A DNA stretch of 58,436 nt from Macrostomum lignano (Eukaryota), in NCBI GenBank assembly GCA_002269645.1, contig NIVC01002199.1, positions 1 through 58,436 of the forward strand, in the 5' to 3' direction. The notes under the pieces were generated by a model. It searched no databases, was not told the origin of the DNA, and saw nothing but the letters and a program-made list of their open reading frames with translations. Each line of letters begins with the position of its first letter. Positions within the stretch are counted from its first letter, which is position 1. This document shows positions 23,250 to 34,499 of this stretch, one piece after another. A program made the translations under genes and the position numbers.

Positions 23250-24770
23250 GCTGTGCTGGGGAGAATTACTGAGACGTCAAGGCTCACAGAGAATAACTGA
23301 GATTACAGGTGGGGGGGGGGGGTTTCTGAGATGTCAAAGCAAAAGTCAGAAGCTACTTCAAAGTTCATGTACTTTACTCAATTTTTATTACATTCTTTGT
23401 TGGCTCGCCACAGGGTGGGGGGGCGCTGATAGAAGCAGAGTCATGTAAAAAATAAAAGTAGCACTATGTATACATATAAGAAAAGTCATGTCGAAGTTAA
23501 AAGATTCATTTGGGAATTGCTACGATGTCAAAGCTTGGTGGAAATCGTTATAGTGCTGTGATTCTTAAAGAAGGAAACACTAAAATGCCAAGGCTTAGGG
23601 GAGAAGAATTGCTGAGATTTCAAGGCTTTAGGTTGGGTTAAAGTTAGGTTTAGGTCAGGTGTGGGTTGAGGGTTATATTTTATCGGGTTTCAAGGTTAAC
23701 AGGGGATTTTTTTAGATTTCAAGATTTATGGGGGGCATCGCTGACATGTCAAGGCTTACGGGGGGAATAGCTGAGATGTCAAGGCTCACGGGGGTATAAA
23801 TGAGATTTCAAGGCTAAAGTCAGAAGCTACATGTAGTTTATTGAAAACTTTTTATTACATTTTTTGTTGGCTCCTCAGGGCTCGCTGATAGAAAAAGCAT
23901 AGTGTAAAAAAAAGAAGCTTCATGTCAAAGTTAAGAGATTCATTTGGGAATCCCTACGATGTCGAGGCTTGCAGGGAATCGCTATAATGCTGTAGTAGTG
24001 CTATAATGACTCAGAATTACTGAAATTACAATGCTTTAGGGTTAGGTTAGGGTTAGGGTTAGGGTTAGGGTTAGGCTAGGGTTAGGGTTAGGGTTAGGCT
24101 AGGGTTAGGGTTAGGGTTAGGCTAGGGTTAGGGTTAGGGTTAGGCTAGGGTTAGGGTTAGAAGGTTGACAGATTTTTTTTAGACTTCAAGGCTTATTTGG
24201 GGCATCGCTGAGATGTCAAGGGGGGGAGTTGATTTGTTAAAGCTTGTGAGGGGAATTACTGACATTTCAAGGCTTACAAGGGACTTCTGAGGTATATTGC
24301 AAAGAGATGCTACATGTAGTTTATTACAAAACTTGTACTGTATTTTTGGCTCCCTAACGCTAAGATACTAAGCTAAAAAATACTACTAGCTCTTCACAAA
24401 CTTATGCAGATGTCAGGCTGTAGGGTTAGTGTTAGGGTTGGTATTAGGGTTTAGGTTTAGGGTTAGGTTCAGGGTTATTGCGGTAAGATTCGGGTTAGGG
24501 TTAGGGTTAGGGTAGCTTATAACTTGGCTCATTTAGCTTATTAAAAATGTTTATCATGGAAGCATCATGCAAAAATAATGGAAGCGTCATGCAAAAACAA
24601 TGGAAGCGTCATGCCAAAAATCATAGAAGCATCGATCATGCAAAAACTCATGGACAAAATATTGAATTTAGGGTTTTGGTTAGGGTTAGAAGTTTGACAG
24701 GAGATTTTTTTAAGATTTCAAGGCTACATGTAGCTTATTAAAAATACATGTATTGCATTTCTTTGGCTCC
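23250..24770. repeat. Degenerate composite repeat (about 480-bp module duplicated plus partial copies) carrying telomere-like tracts
   Basis: AGATTCATTTGGGAAT..CTACGATGTC at about 23503 and 23935; GCTAC(ATG)TAG and TTGGCTC recur 3-4 times. Confidence 0.7.
24036..24160 (+). repeat. Interstitial telomeric sequence (TTAGGG)n with TTAGG-CTAGGG variants
   Basis: About 21 hexamer-like units; further degenerate TTAGGG runs at about 24420-24512 and 24667-24690. Confidence 0.93.
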
Positions 24771-24838
24771 CCAACGGGGGGGCGTAGATTGCTAGTCACT
24801 TCTAAATTCCAAAAGCTTTCAAATTTCCAAAAGCTTAC

Positions 24839-25162
24839 CCTAGTCTTCAACACGGTGTGATATCCCAGTTTAACCAGGGCAAAAGTTCCTTTGCCAATAG
24901 TTTCCATCAGCTGATAGGATCCGAGACATTTACCGCCAGCAGCTGAGACTAAGCTGGCAGTGGCACCACCATCAGCTGTCCCAGCATCTTTCAGACCACC
25001 ACCTTTAGACTGATGATGGTGGTGGGCTAAGCTATCTAGATCAACAGTACCAAAACTATTTTCTAATAGTTCAACATCTGTAGCACTATCGGAACTGGTG
25101 CCGGTTGTACCCACTGACTGCATGGTAACATTGGACTCTGTACTGGACTGACGAGACTCCAT
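24839..25162 (-). CDS. SIK: SIK-family kinase exon 1 (start codon, Gly-rich loop); full CDS 2565 nt, 854 aa
   Basis: ATG at 25162; GSYQLMETIGKGTFALVKLG; donor AGG|gtaagc at 24838. The six exons sum to 2565 nt in frame. Confidence 0.9.
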
Positions 25163-27730
25163 AGTTTCTGATTGGACTTTGCTAATAACAGTCTATAAAA
25201 AGCCAAGGCTTCAAACCAGCCTCATATTGGGCTGGCCAATTGACAACAATCATGAGATGGAATTATGTGTTTTTTATATCAAACAAGTTCCTAATAAGTT
25301 GAAATAAAAAAATAGTTGCAACATTGAAAATATGGCATTTGTGCCAGTTTGACTATGAGTTTTCAATTTGTAATTCAAACATTAATATAGCTTTAATAAA
25401 CTTTTAAATTTTAACTAAAATAGCCAATTCTTTTAAATTAACTATATTAATGGCAATCTCAATCAGCAAGGAGCAAAACTTATTCATGCAAATTCATTCA
25501 AAAAGCACATTTTCTTAAGAACCAATTCTCTCTTGTTCAACCTTTTTGCATGATTAGCGAAAAAGTAAAAATTTGTTAAGCTCAAAAAATTTCAATTTCG
25601 ATTTCAATTTCAATTTTAATTCTAAGGAACCAAAAATTTCAATTTCGATTTTGATTTGAAAAATAATTTCAATCCATCACTACACTTGGCACACAAAATT
25701 TTTGAAAGGGTCTTCTGGCATATACCTTGGTATATATACAATTAACGCACCCTGTGTGGCGTACATGCATGGCGCACACTGAAAGAGGCTGCACCACGGC
25801 TACTGTGAAAGACAAAATCAAAGAATGTAAAGTATGTAACCCAGTAAAGAAGTAATGTGTAGTGTGAAATTTTGCACAAAGTTTAATATTAATTTTGCAA
25901 ATATATTGTTATAACAATTGACAACTGTTGCTTCATTTAAAATCTTCTCTAAATTTTGTTTTATTCTCCTTTTTATTCCTTATTTTTGAAATTAAAAACA
26001 TAAATCTTCAAATATTCAATTTATAATCTTTACTTGCAATTACACAAAATGTTACAACTTACAATATATTGTGATTTTGTGTTTATTGCACATTTTTTTA
26101 CATTAGGATTAGGATTTAGGACTGGCATACCTGGCGCACTTGTGCATTTTGCCTGGCATACCTGGTGCACAACAAAAATTTTTCAGGGTGGCTTCCAGAA
26201 CACACATAGCATGATCCTGACTTTGGTCTCAGTGCACCCAGGTGTGCAGTGCACCCATTATTTTTTAGGAGTAATGTATGCCAACTGTGCACACCTAAAT
26301 TTTGGCATGCAAAGCTTACACCGCCAATACATGCCTCAATTTTTAGGTGTATATTACATGATCTGGAATGTTGTTAGATAATTTATGCAAAAATATTTAA
26401 ATAAGTTTTTTTAATAAATTAGGGCTACTTTAGTCAATTTAGAATATACATACATAAAATAAAAAGCAAATGCAATTGTAAAATAGAAAAAACCTTGACA
26501 TAAAGAAATAAATTCTATAAATATATCGGGAGATATAATATAATTAAGACAGGGGATAGGCCTAATATTAAACAACTATAGTGTAGTCTATATTATTTTT
26601 TTCATAAGTCTAAGAAAATGGTACATTAAAAACTGTGATAGAAATACTGTGATTTATTAAACTACTAACTACTAGACATGATAGCAATCCAATTGGATGG
26701 TAGGCCTATCTGTACCAGATGATGCATCACAAAGTAAAAATAAATTTGAATACACTGAATAGTGAATTTTGAATTTTGAATAACCTTCGATCTTTGCGGT
26801 AAACATTAACTTCGACGAAAGTCCTAAATTTGAGTTGTATTTTTAAGTAAATACCATTTCAACATACATAAAATTTTACGAAATAACTTTATGTTGAGGT
26901 AGTAAAAAATAATTATAACGACACATTCGTCAAGCATTTTTACAATAGTTTTGGTAAATTAGTTAAGCTACGCCATATGATTTTAAGCCGCCAAAAATTT
27001 AAACTTTCCTTTAATTTTGCAGGCCAAATTGGGAGCTAATCGAGTCATCGAGAGCTTTAAATTTGACACTTGCACACTATTGGACCTGGAAACGCTATAT
27101 TGCAGGTTGGAATCTCTTCAACATACAGTTCGAGAAGCAACCGCTTCTGTATACTACAGCTGCAGGGAGCAGACAAAGTGAATGATCAGAAAATAGTTCT
27201 CAACCAAACGATGCTGATCGAGATCGAAGGAATTATATTACTGGTGCTAAGCGGGAAGTGATGCTGAGTGGGGGGTGGACGCTAAAAAGGGGAATGGTTG
27301 ATGCTGAGGTCGAGAGAGATTACTGCAGAGGGGGGAATACACAGCTGTATATATGATGCTGAGGGGTATCGAGGTGTTTTATATCTGCGGATGCCAAATA
27401 TGCTCTCAGAGCGCGCTGATTTTATTCACTCTTGCCCATTAATTTTTCTGCAATAGAGTACTATTGTGCTCCCGCCGATCGACACATAATGATCAAATAC
27501 AGCTAACACATGCACACTACTATACAGATTATCATCATCGCATAATGTGCATGTATTTTGTCTCACAGTTTGGAAAAACCCCAGTTAGTAAGCCTTTATT
27601 GGTTTTGATCAGCACATTACTTGAATTTTCGAATCCGTTTGTCATATATAGTTTTCGTAATTTTATAGTTACGTACGAAAACTTCAATCTTTGATAAAGA
27701 TGTGGGCTTGAATATGTGGGTTAAATATTA

Positions 27731-27802
27731 TAGAGGTCGGACGGGATTGCAATCTTCGGGCGGGATCGGGATTTAGGGATCGCGGATCCCGTCCGACCTC
27801 TA
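27731..27802. mobile_element. 72-bp hairpin with perfect 17-bp TIRs (hAT-like termini)
   Basis: TAGAGGTCGGACGGGAT (27731-27747) pairs with ATCCCGTCCGACCTCTA (27786-27802); no intact 8-bp TSD. Confidence 0.55.
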
Positions 27803-28282
27803 CTGTATTGGTCACGCTCTTAGATAAGTTAAAGAATCCATGAGATGAAGAGCGCGCAATAAATAGGTACGAAGGTAAGAGACAATTAAAGAGCTAAGCA
27901 AACATAAATGGTAAGCAGGAACTTGAATTTGGTCAACTACATGTAATATTACATGTATGAGAAACTACTGTTAGTTGGAATTCGCAGTATTGAAAAGTGC
28001 TTTAAAAATGAATCCTAATTAGAAGTTGTTCCAAAACTGACGATAATCTTACAAGAATTGGAAAAAACTGTGAAAATGAGTTGCATGTTAGATTTAAATT
28101 TTTAATCACTGTTTTTTTCAATAGTCTTTACTAATAGTGTCGACTTGCAGATCGCTGAAGCAAACCGCAGTCTCACTGAAGCATGAACTTCACCCAGTCA
28201 TCGCTGTTCTCGATCTCCTGCTCAAACCTGGGCGTCACTGAACTGCAGCAGTCGGCATTTGCGAAGGCTTTTGTTGTACAGC

Positions 28283-29091
28283 ACAACAACAACAACAACA
28301 ACAACAAAATACGCGGCCCCGCAAGCAAAGTCAGTTAGAGCAGGGCGCGTCAGATAGCGCGCCGCAGAGCCTGGGAGCGAACGAAATCCGCTCCGTTGGC
28401 AGTGTCGGGCGCCCCAGCGTCGCACAGCAGGCAGTCCACGTATCGACGGGTTCGGGCCTGACCCCGCCTGAACGGGCCCTGCAAGGTGAGCAGCAGGACG
28501 TCCTGAACGGGTTAGGGGCAGTAGCCCTCGGCCCGATCACGTGGCCCGCCAGTTGGAGTCGCCGTCGGCGCAGGATGGTGGACGGGCGCTGCAGCTTGGC
28601 CCGATCGTACAGGGCCTCGGTCCCGACGCTCTCGTCAGCTCGAAAGGCCGCACGGAGCAGCCCTGAGTGCGCCGAGTCCAGCTGCCGCTCCAACGTAGCC
28701 GTCAGCGTCCACGTCTCGGCGTTGTAGAGCAGGACGGTTTCGACCACCGCCTGCCACAGCCGAGCCCTCTGGCGGTCGGGCAGCGCTTCGGACTGGAGGA
28801 CGGCTCGGATCGAACGAAAGGCCACCCAGGCAAGTCCTCTGCGCCGCCGGAGGTCTTCTTCCACGTGGGGCACCAGACCGCCGAGGTAGGTGAACCGCTG
28901 GCAGCGTGCGAGCCTGGTGGTCGTCTGCCCGTCTGCGCCGCGGCATGTCAGGTCTGCTGGGATGTCGGCCGGCACAGTCAGCACCTCGGTCTTTAGCGTG
29001 TTGACAACCAGACCGACGCTCGATGCTACCTCGACCAACCTGTCGATCTGGCGTTGGGCGCCTCCAACAGACGAGGACAGGAGGGCGAGGT
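28283..29091 (-). mobile_element. 5'-truncated RTE-clade non-LTR retrotransposon (RT C-terminus, 3' end and (GTT)n tail)
   Basis: Motifs LALLS...GLVVNTLKTEV, FTYLGG, VLLYNAETWTL, RRRRLQLAGHV; frameshift near 28533 and a stop near 28513; (GTT)n tail at about 28283-28306. Confidence 0.92.
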
Positions 29092-31241
29092 TGCCAGTTT
29101 AAAGTGGTCCCGCAAAAGGGCCGTTGGACTACAATTTTCCTTACAATTTCTCATTTAAAATTTCCAATTGTGTATTCTCACGTTTACTTGTAGTAGCGCG
29201 CAACTAATCTGTATCAATTGCTAAATCACTGCGTACTTTGTAAGCTTTGCGTACGGCTGTAGAGTCTCGCGCGATCGATAATTTCTGTTTCTTGTTTTTC
29301 CCTCGGCAGCCAATGATAACTCTCCGCATATATTATGTTAACCCTCCTGCGCTCCTTTATTAACCCCGCCTGGCGGCGGGCTAGGGGTTTCTTCGCTTTT
29401 GTTCTGGCGTTCCTCCTTTTCCTTCTCTCTCTCCTTATCTCTCGCCACGGCTCCACTCTGTCTGGGCCAGACTGTCTGCGCGCTCTTGCTCTACTGTGTA
29501 CTGCCACGGGCCGACGCCCAATCTCGCCACTTTGTCTGTTTGCCTACTTGTTACTCACTGCCAACACTGTGCTCACAGCCATCACTTGCTACTCGGCTCC
29601 ATCCCCATTATCATCATCTACTCAACTTAATCATCTATACGACTAAATTACATCAACCCATTGTTGCAGCCGCCAGTGCCCCATAACGTCATAAGCTTCT
29701 GTACAAATATTAAACATTGATAATTATAAACCAGTTGGCCTCGTTTGTTACGAGTATCTACCGTCATTGCCAAGTGCTACCGCTACAAACTCTACTCTGC
29801 CATTGTTGAGTTCACCATCCTTTTGGGACTAATAACGTCAGTACTCTCGTCAAACGGCGCTTTTGAGGGCTATAGCCACTGCTACGCCAATAACGTGACA
29901 GACAAAATTTTTCTGCTTTTTTGTTGGGCTATATTAAGCGTCCTGATTGTTTAACTGTGAATACAATAGCCAGAGCCGTAGATACGTAGAAGTCAAAGCA
30001 AAAACACTGCAACAGACAATCTTTTGAGCAGACAAAATTCTGCAGAATGCTTTTTAATTAGAGAAATTAATAGAAACAAAGCTCTATTCAAATTGCAGTT
30101 AATTTACTCCGGCCTATTGTTTTAAAAATTTAATCAGAATTCAATCTTTATAAAATTTTGATTAGAGATGACGGTTTGACTGAAGGTTCTTTTTTAACCT
30201 AATCCCATTTCAGAACTCTTCAGAATATCTGATCTCAGCTCAGTCGCAAATGCTACATGGGCAACATTTTTCCGAGTGCCTTTAAGTGATTTAGCAATGA
30301 AAAAAATATATTTCATTTGATTTCTGCATAGGCCTTGTTCTGCGTTTTTGCATATTGGTTAGTGTATTTGCTTTTACACTATTGATAGTAGTTATCAGTT
30401 GCGGAAGTGTCAGTAATTAGGGTAGTTTATAAATCAATAGCAGTTAGGCTCTCTGCAGGGAAGCTCTTAAGAAAATTTAACCAAAGGCGTTAATGTAAAC
30501 GGGGAATGGACCAGCGTAGACATAGACAATTAGCTAATAATTGTGCGATAAGACGAGTCTTGCCCCCAAAGCACAATTAAAGGGAAAATACTAGGATAAT
30601 TTAGTGTAAGAACACCTTTTGTAAGTCGAAATTTTATTTTTGCTTTAAAAATTAAAATCTATATTTATATTGGTGTCCTGCCTCATTTCTTTAATCGCTA
30701 AATACTGGGATTAGGGAGTATCAAGAAACCTGGTGGCAGCAACCTAGCAAAATCAAACCAGTTAAATCCACTAAGAATAGTTAAGAACAATAAGGCAGTA
30801 GCCTAAACCGCAAGACCACGACTACACAAACATCATTGTTGCTTGCTGCTTCCCACGGCATGGGCCGTGTCATGAACAAGTCGCTGAATTATAATTCCGA
30901 AATAGTGTCGCTAATTAATAAACTCAAATTTGTCCTTCAATTAGCAGCCCACCTTGCTCTGAATAAAACCATATATTGTTTGAGAATAATTAAGTTCAAA
31001 AAGAGATTTTAAACAAACAAACAAAATTAATTAAATAAATATAATATTGTGTAACAGCTTTTTCAACTGTCTATTCGCGATCATAAACTAGGCTCAAATA
31101 AGAAAATTAAAGAGCGAAAACTTTTTAATAACAAAGGAAGACAAAAGTTGAATGCTAAAAAACAATGAATAATATTTTGGTTAAATGGAAGATATTGTAG
31201 TTTATTTTGGTCTCAATGCAGCATATTGTCAGTTGATGTCT

Positions 31242-31379
31242 TCAGCTGTATTCGGTGACATAATCGTCTGATAGACAGTCGCCCTCAGTAAGGCGGTAGT
31301 TCGCCACCCGGAGGATGCCATGGAAGTGCACAATGGCGGCCACAATCACAAATACGTGAAAGATTTGATGGCTCTGGAG
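31242..31379 (-). CDS. ADIPOR: AdipoR/PAQR exon 6 (last; SHQIFH zinc-binding motif)
   Basis: LQSHQIFHVFVIVAAIVHFHG...YS to TGA at 31242-31244; acceptor at 31380-31382; in a frame not shown in the ORF track. Confidence 0.92.
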   Translation of the reverse strand, partial: LQSHQIFHVFVIVAAIVHFHGILRVANYRLTEGDCLSDDYVTEYS

Positions 31380-31478
31380 CTGAGGGTTTGAATGTTGCGC
31401 AAAACTTCACGGCTTTGACGATGCTTAACTTGTGAAGTTTCGAACTAGCTAAACGTGACGGTGCACAAAAAAGCTTAC

Positions 31479-31672
31479 CCAAATGTCGAATTTCCCAGGA
31501 AACAGCCTCTCAGGAAATCTGGCCGCGTAGATCACCGCCCCCGTGATGTACAGCACAGCCATCAGAGAGAGCCAGCCAAGGCTGACATGTTCAACGGCGT
31601 GGTAGAATCCATCAGCGATGACAAAGTGCAGTGCCGGGATGACTCCCGACAGGCCCAGCATTATGAATATGC
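31479..31672 (-). CDS. ADIPOR: AdipoR/PAQR exon 5
   Basis: [17 protein letters not shown]...[17 protein letters not shown]; junction phases 1/0. Confidence 0.95.
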
Positions 31673-31703
31673 CTGAGGTTGGGGATGGCTTGATGCAAAT
31701 TTT

Positions 31704-31977
<274 letters not shown>

Positions 31978-32002
31978 TCAACAACCCACAGTGGAAACTC
32001 AC

Positions 32003-32190
32003 CAGCTCTAAAAGGCCGAAATTTGGGCTTAGCAAATTCGTCAAACATTGACACAACAATAGCCGCTGTGCCCAGCAACCCAATCAGGGTAAGGTAAACC
32101 ACCTTGGCAACTAATCGGCAGTAAAAGCCGTAATAAAGCCAGGGAACGAAGCTGCCCATGGTGAGCAAGGCGATGCCGCAATAGTCAAGT
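32003..32190 (-). CDS. ADIPOR: AdipoR/PAQR exon 4
   Basis: [24 protein letters not shown]...[11 protein letters not shown]; phases 2/1. Confidence 0.96.
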
Positions 32191-32539
32191 CTGCATGTGG
32201 AAAAAGTGTACTAGCTTACAATATGACAGGCGAAGTCACGTGACCTATGTACATAAAATAAATCACGTGACCCCAACAGTACTTTAAATATACATGTACG
32301 GCGATCACATGACTGCGATAGTACTTGTCAGAAAGATCGCGTGACTTTAAAACAAGCGTCATGTGACTTAAGTGAATCTTATTAGAAGATCACGTGGTTT
32401 GAAGCAAAGCTTATTCAGAAAGTCAGATGACTTAAACAAAGCTTATTAAAAACGCATAAGTTACTCGATCATAACGTTAATAACGGTTATTATCGGCTCA
32501 TAAAATTTAATAAAACATGATAGTGTGACTTTAACTTAC

Positions 32540-32720
32540 TTGTTAAACAGGCGACCAATCCGTTCGGAATGACAATAGACGGTGTGAAACAGAAATGAGA
32601 AGCCCAAGCAAAGGATAGCACCAAAGAAGAAGGCTGAAAACACCAGCTTTTCCTGCAAACGGACCTGGGACGCGGGCCGACTGAAAAAGTACACGGCCAT
32701 TGAGGTGAATGCGATGCAGC
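32540..32720 (-). CDS. ADIPOR: AdipoR/PAQR exon 3
   Basis: GCIAF...EKLVFSAFFFGAILCLGFSFLFHTVYCHSE; phases 1/2. Confidence 0.96.
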
Positions 32721-32817
32721 CTGTAAAAATTGTTGAAGTTTGCTGGTCACATAAATAACTTATAATATCGAGATTCACATTTCAGATATTAACAATAATT
32801 TTGATTGGTCAAGATGC

Positions 32818-33345
32818 GATGAAGGATGATTTTCAGGTGTGATGAAGGGTGGGATTCAGGTGTGATTAAGGATGGGATTCAGGTGTGATGAAGGTGGAAT
32901 GAAGGACGGGATTCAGGTGTGATTAAGGATGGGATTCAGGTGTGATGAAGGTGGGATGAAGGTGGAATGAAGGATGGGATTCAGGTGTGATTAAGAATGG
33001 GATGAAGGATGGAATGAAGGTGGGATGAAGGATGGGATTCAGGTGTGATGAAGGATGGGATTCAGGTGTGATGAAGGTGGGATGAAGGACGGGATTCAGG
33101 TGTGATTAAGGATGGGATTCAGGTGTGATGAAGGTGGGATGAAGGTGGAATGAAGGATGGGATTCAGGTGTGATTAAGAATGGGATGAAGGTGGAATGAA
33201 GGACGGGATTCAGGTGTGATTAAGGATGGGATTCAGGTGTGATGAAGGTGGGATGAAGGTGGAATGAAGGATGGGATTCAGGTGTGATTAAGAATGGGAT
33301 GAAGGATGGAATGAAGGTGGGATGAAGGATGGGATTCAGGTGTGA
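32818..33345. repeat. Purine-rich minisatellite (23-bp GAAGGATGGGATTCAGGTGTGAT interleaved with 11-bp GAAGGTGGRAT)
   Basis: Direct periodicity in AdipoR intron 2. Confidence 0.92.
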
Positions 33346-33485
33346 TAACTCTTGGCATGAAGAGGTGTGATAGTAAATGAGCTTTAGACATTGGTTTCAA
33401 GCAAAAAAGATTTAAACTCAAGAAGGCTACACAGGATACCCGTGATAGACGCGAGTTAATATAGCATATGCACAATGTCAATTAC

Positions 33486-33819
33486 CCAGCATATGCGTCC
33501 AAATATTCCCAGTCTCCGTGTGCACCCGAAAGATGCTGCGAAAACAGTTAGCAAACGTGCCCAGCTGAGGTCGATGACCTTCGACCAGAAAGTCGTTGTC
33601 TTTCAGCCAGTCTGGCAGGCCCTGATGGGCCGTGTGGCGCCATCCCTGGCGCCACACGTGAATGATTCTGTCGGCGCCATCTTTGGCCCTGCTGGCCAAG
33701 TCGTCCAGCTGATCCCGGATGCTCATGGCGCCATGCTGCCCAGCGTGACTGCTAGACCTTGCGGCTCGGGCTTTCGACTTAGCTGGTGGCGGCTGCTGCG
33801 GCGACTCCCCAAATTCAGC
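33486..33819 (-). CDS. ADIPOR: AdipoR/PAQR exon 2
   Basis: LPDWLKDNDFLVEGHRP...CFRSIFRVHTETGNIWTHMLG, the PAQR hallmark; phases 0/1. Confidence 0.95.
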
Positions 33820-33909
33820 CTTCAGAAGGGAAAGCAAAAAAGATTTCTTAACGTCTACTATAAACCATATGGGAGATTTATGCATGGCTTTTTATATGGC
33901 TTATTAAAA

Positions 33910-34190
33910 GGGGTTGTAGCCTGGTGTTTAGAGCGTCGGACTTATGGTTTTAAGGTCAGGGGTTCGATTCTCGAACCACTCGAAACTATTTGTGTCCTTG
34001 AGTAAGATACTTAACTCTGCATTGCTTCAGTTCACCCAGCTGTAAAATGGGTGCCAGCATTGGCTGGGGTAATTGAGGGTGTGTGTGGCGGACTCCTCCC
34101 CCCCCCCCAGTCCTTGGACTGAACAGCCATAAGCAGCCTTCAGAACAGCCGAGGGAGGTGTAATCAATTATTATTATATTATTATTAATA
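33910..34190 (+). mobile_element. tRNA-derived SINE with a CORE (MIR-like) domain and (ATT)n tail
   Basis: A-box-like GTAGCCTGGTG, B-box GGTTCGATTC, then TGTGTCCTTGAGTAAGATACTTAAC...CAGCTGTAAAATGGG resembling the CORE domain; AT-rich tail. Confidence 0.75.
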
Positions 34191-34325
34191 AAAGTTTCAA
34201 AAAAATCTGATTTAATTACATAAAGATTAAAATTAAGCTGGTAAAGGTTGAGCTTAAAAGTTAAAGTTGAGGTTGAGTACATGTAAAGTTGAGTCTCTCA
34301 GTACATGTAAATTTATTCTGCTTAC

Positions 34326-34499
34326 ACTGGTATTGACAGAACGCTGTCGGCACCCCTTGGATTGAGTTGCTAAATCGTCATGAGAATCATCAATTTCTAC
34401 TTGGTCTGGATTTGTGCTCAAAACTGGTTCATTAGTTTGAGCCTCTTCTATTACCAGGTCTGGTTCAGTATGATTGTTGATCTTGACTTTTATATCCAT
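34326..34499 (-). CDS. ADIPOR: AdipoR/PAQR putative exon 1 (acidic N-terminus); full CDS 1209 nt, 402 aa
   Basis: ATG at 34499; donor AGT|gtaagc in phase 0 matches exon 2. The sequence is not conserved, so this exon is less certain. Confidence 0.65.

Noticed and set aside
28140-28282. Short minus-strand frame ending ...VTPRFEQEIENSDDWVKFMLQ*
   Set aside because: Looks coding-like, but it is under 40 codons with no start, clear acceptor or recognisable family.
33910-33985. Functional tRNA gene
   Set aside because: Has A/B boxes but no convincing cloverleaf, and it continues into a SINE body.
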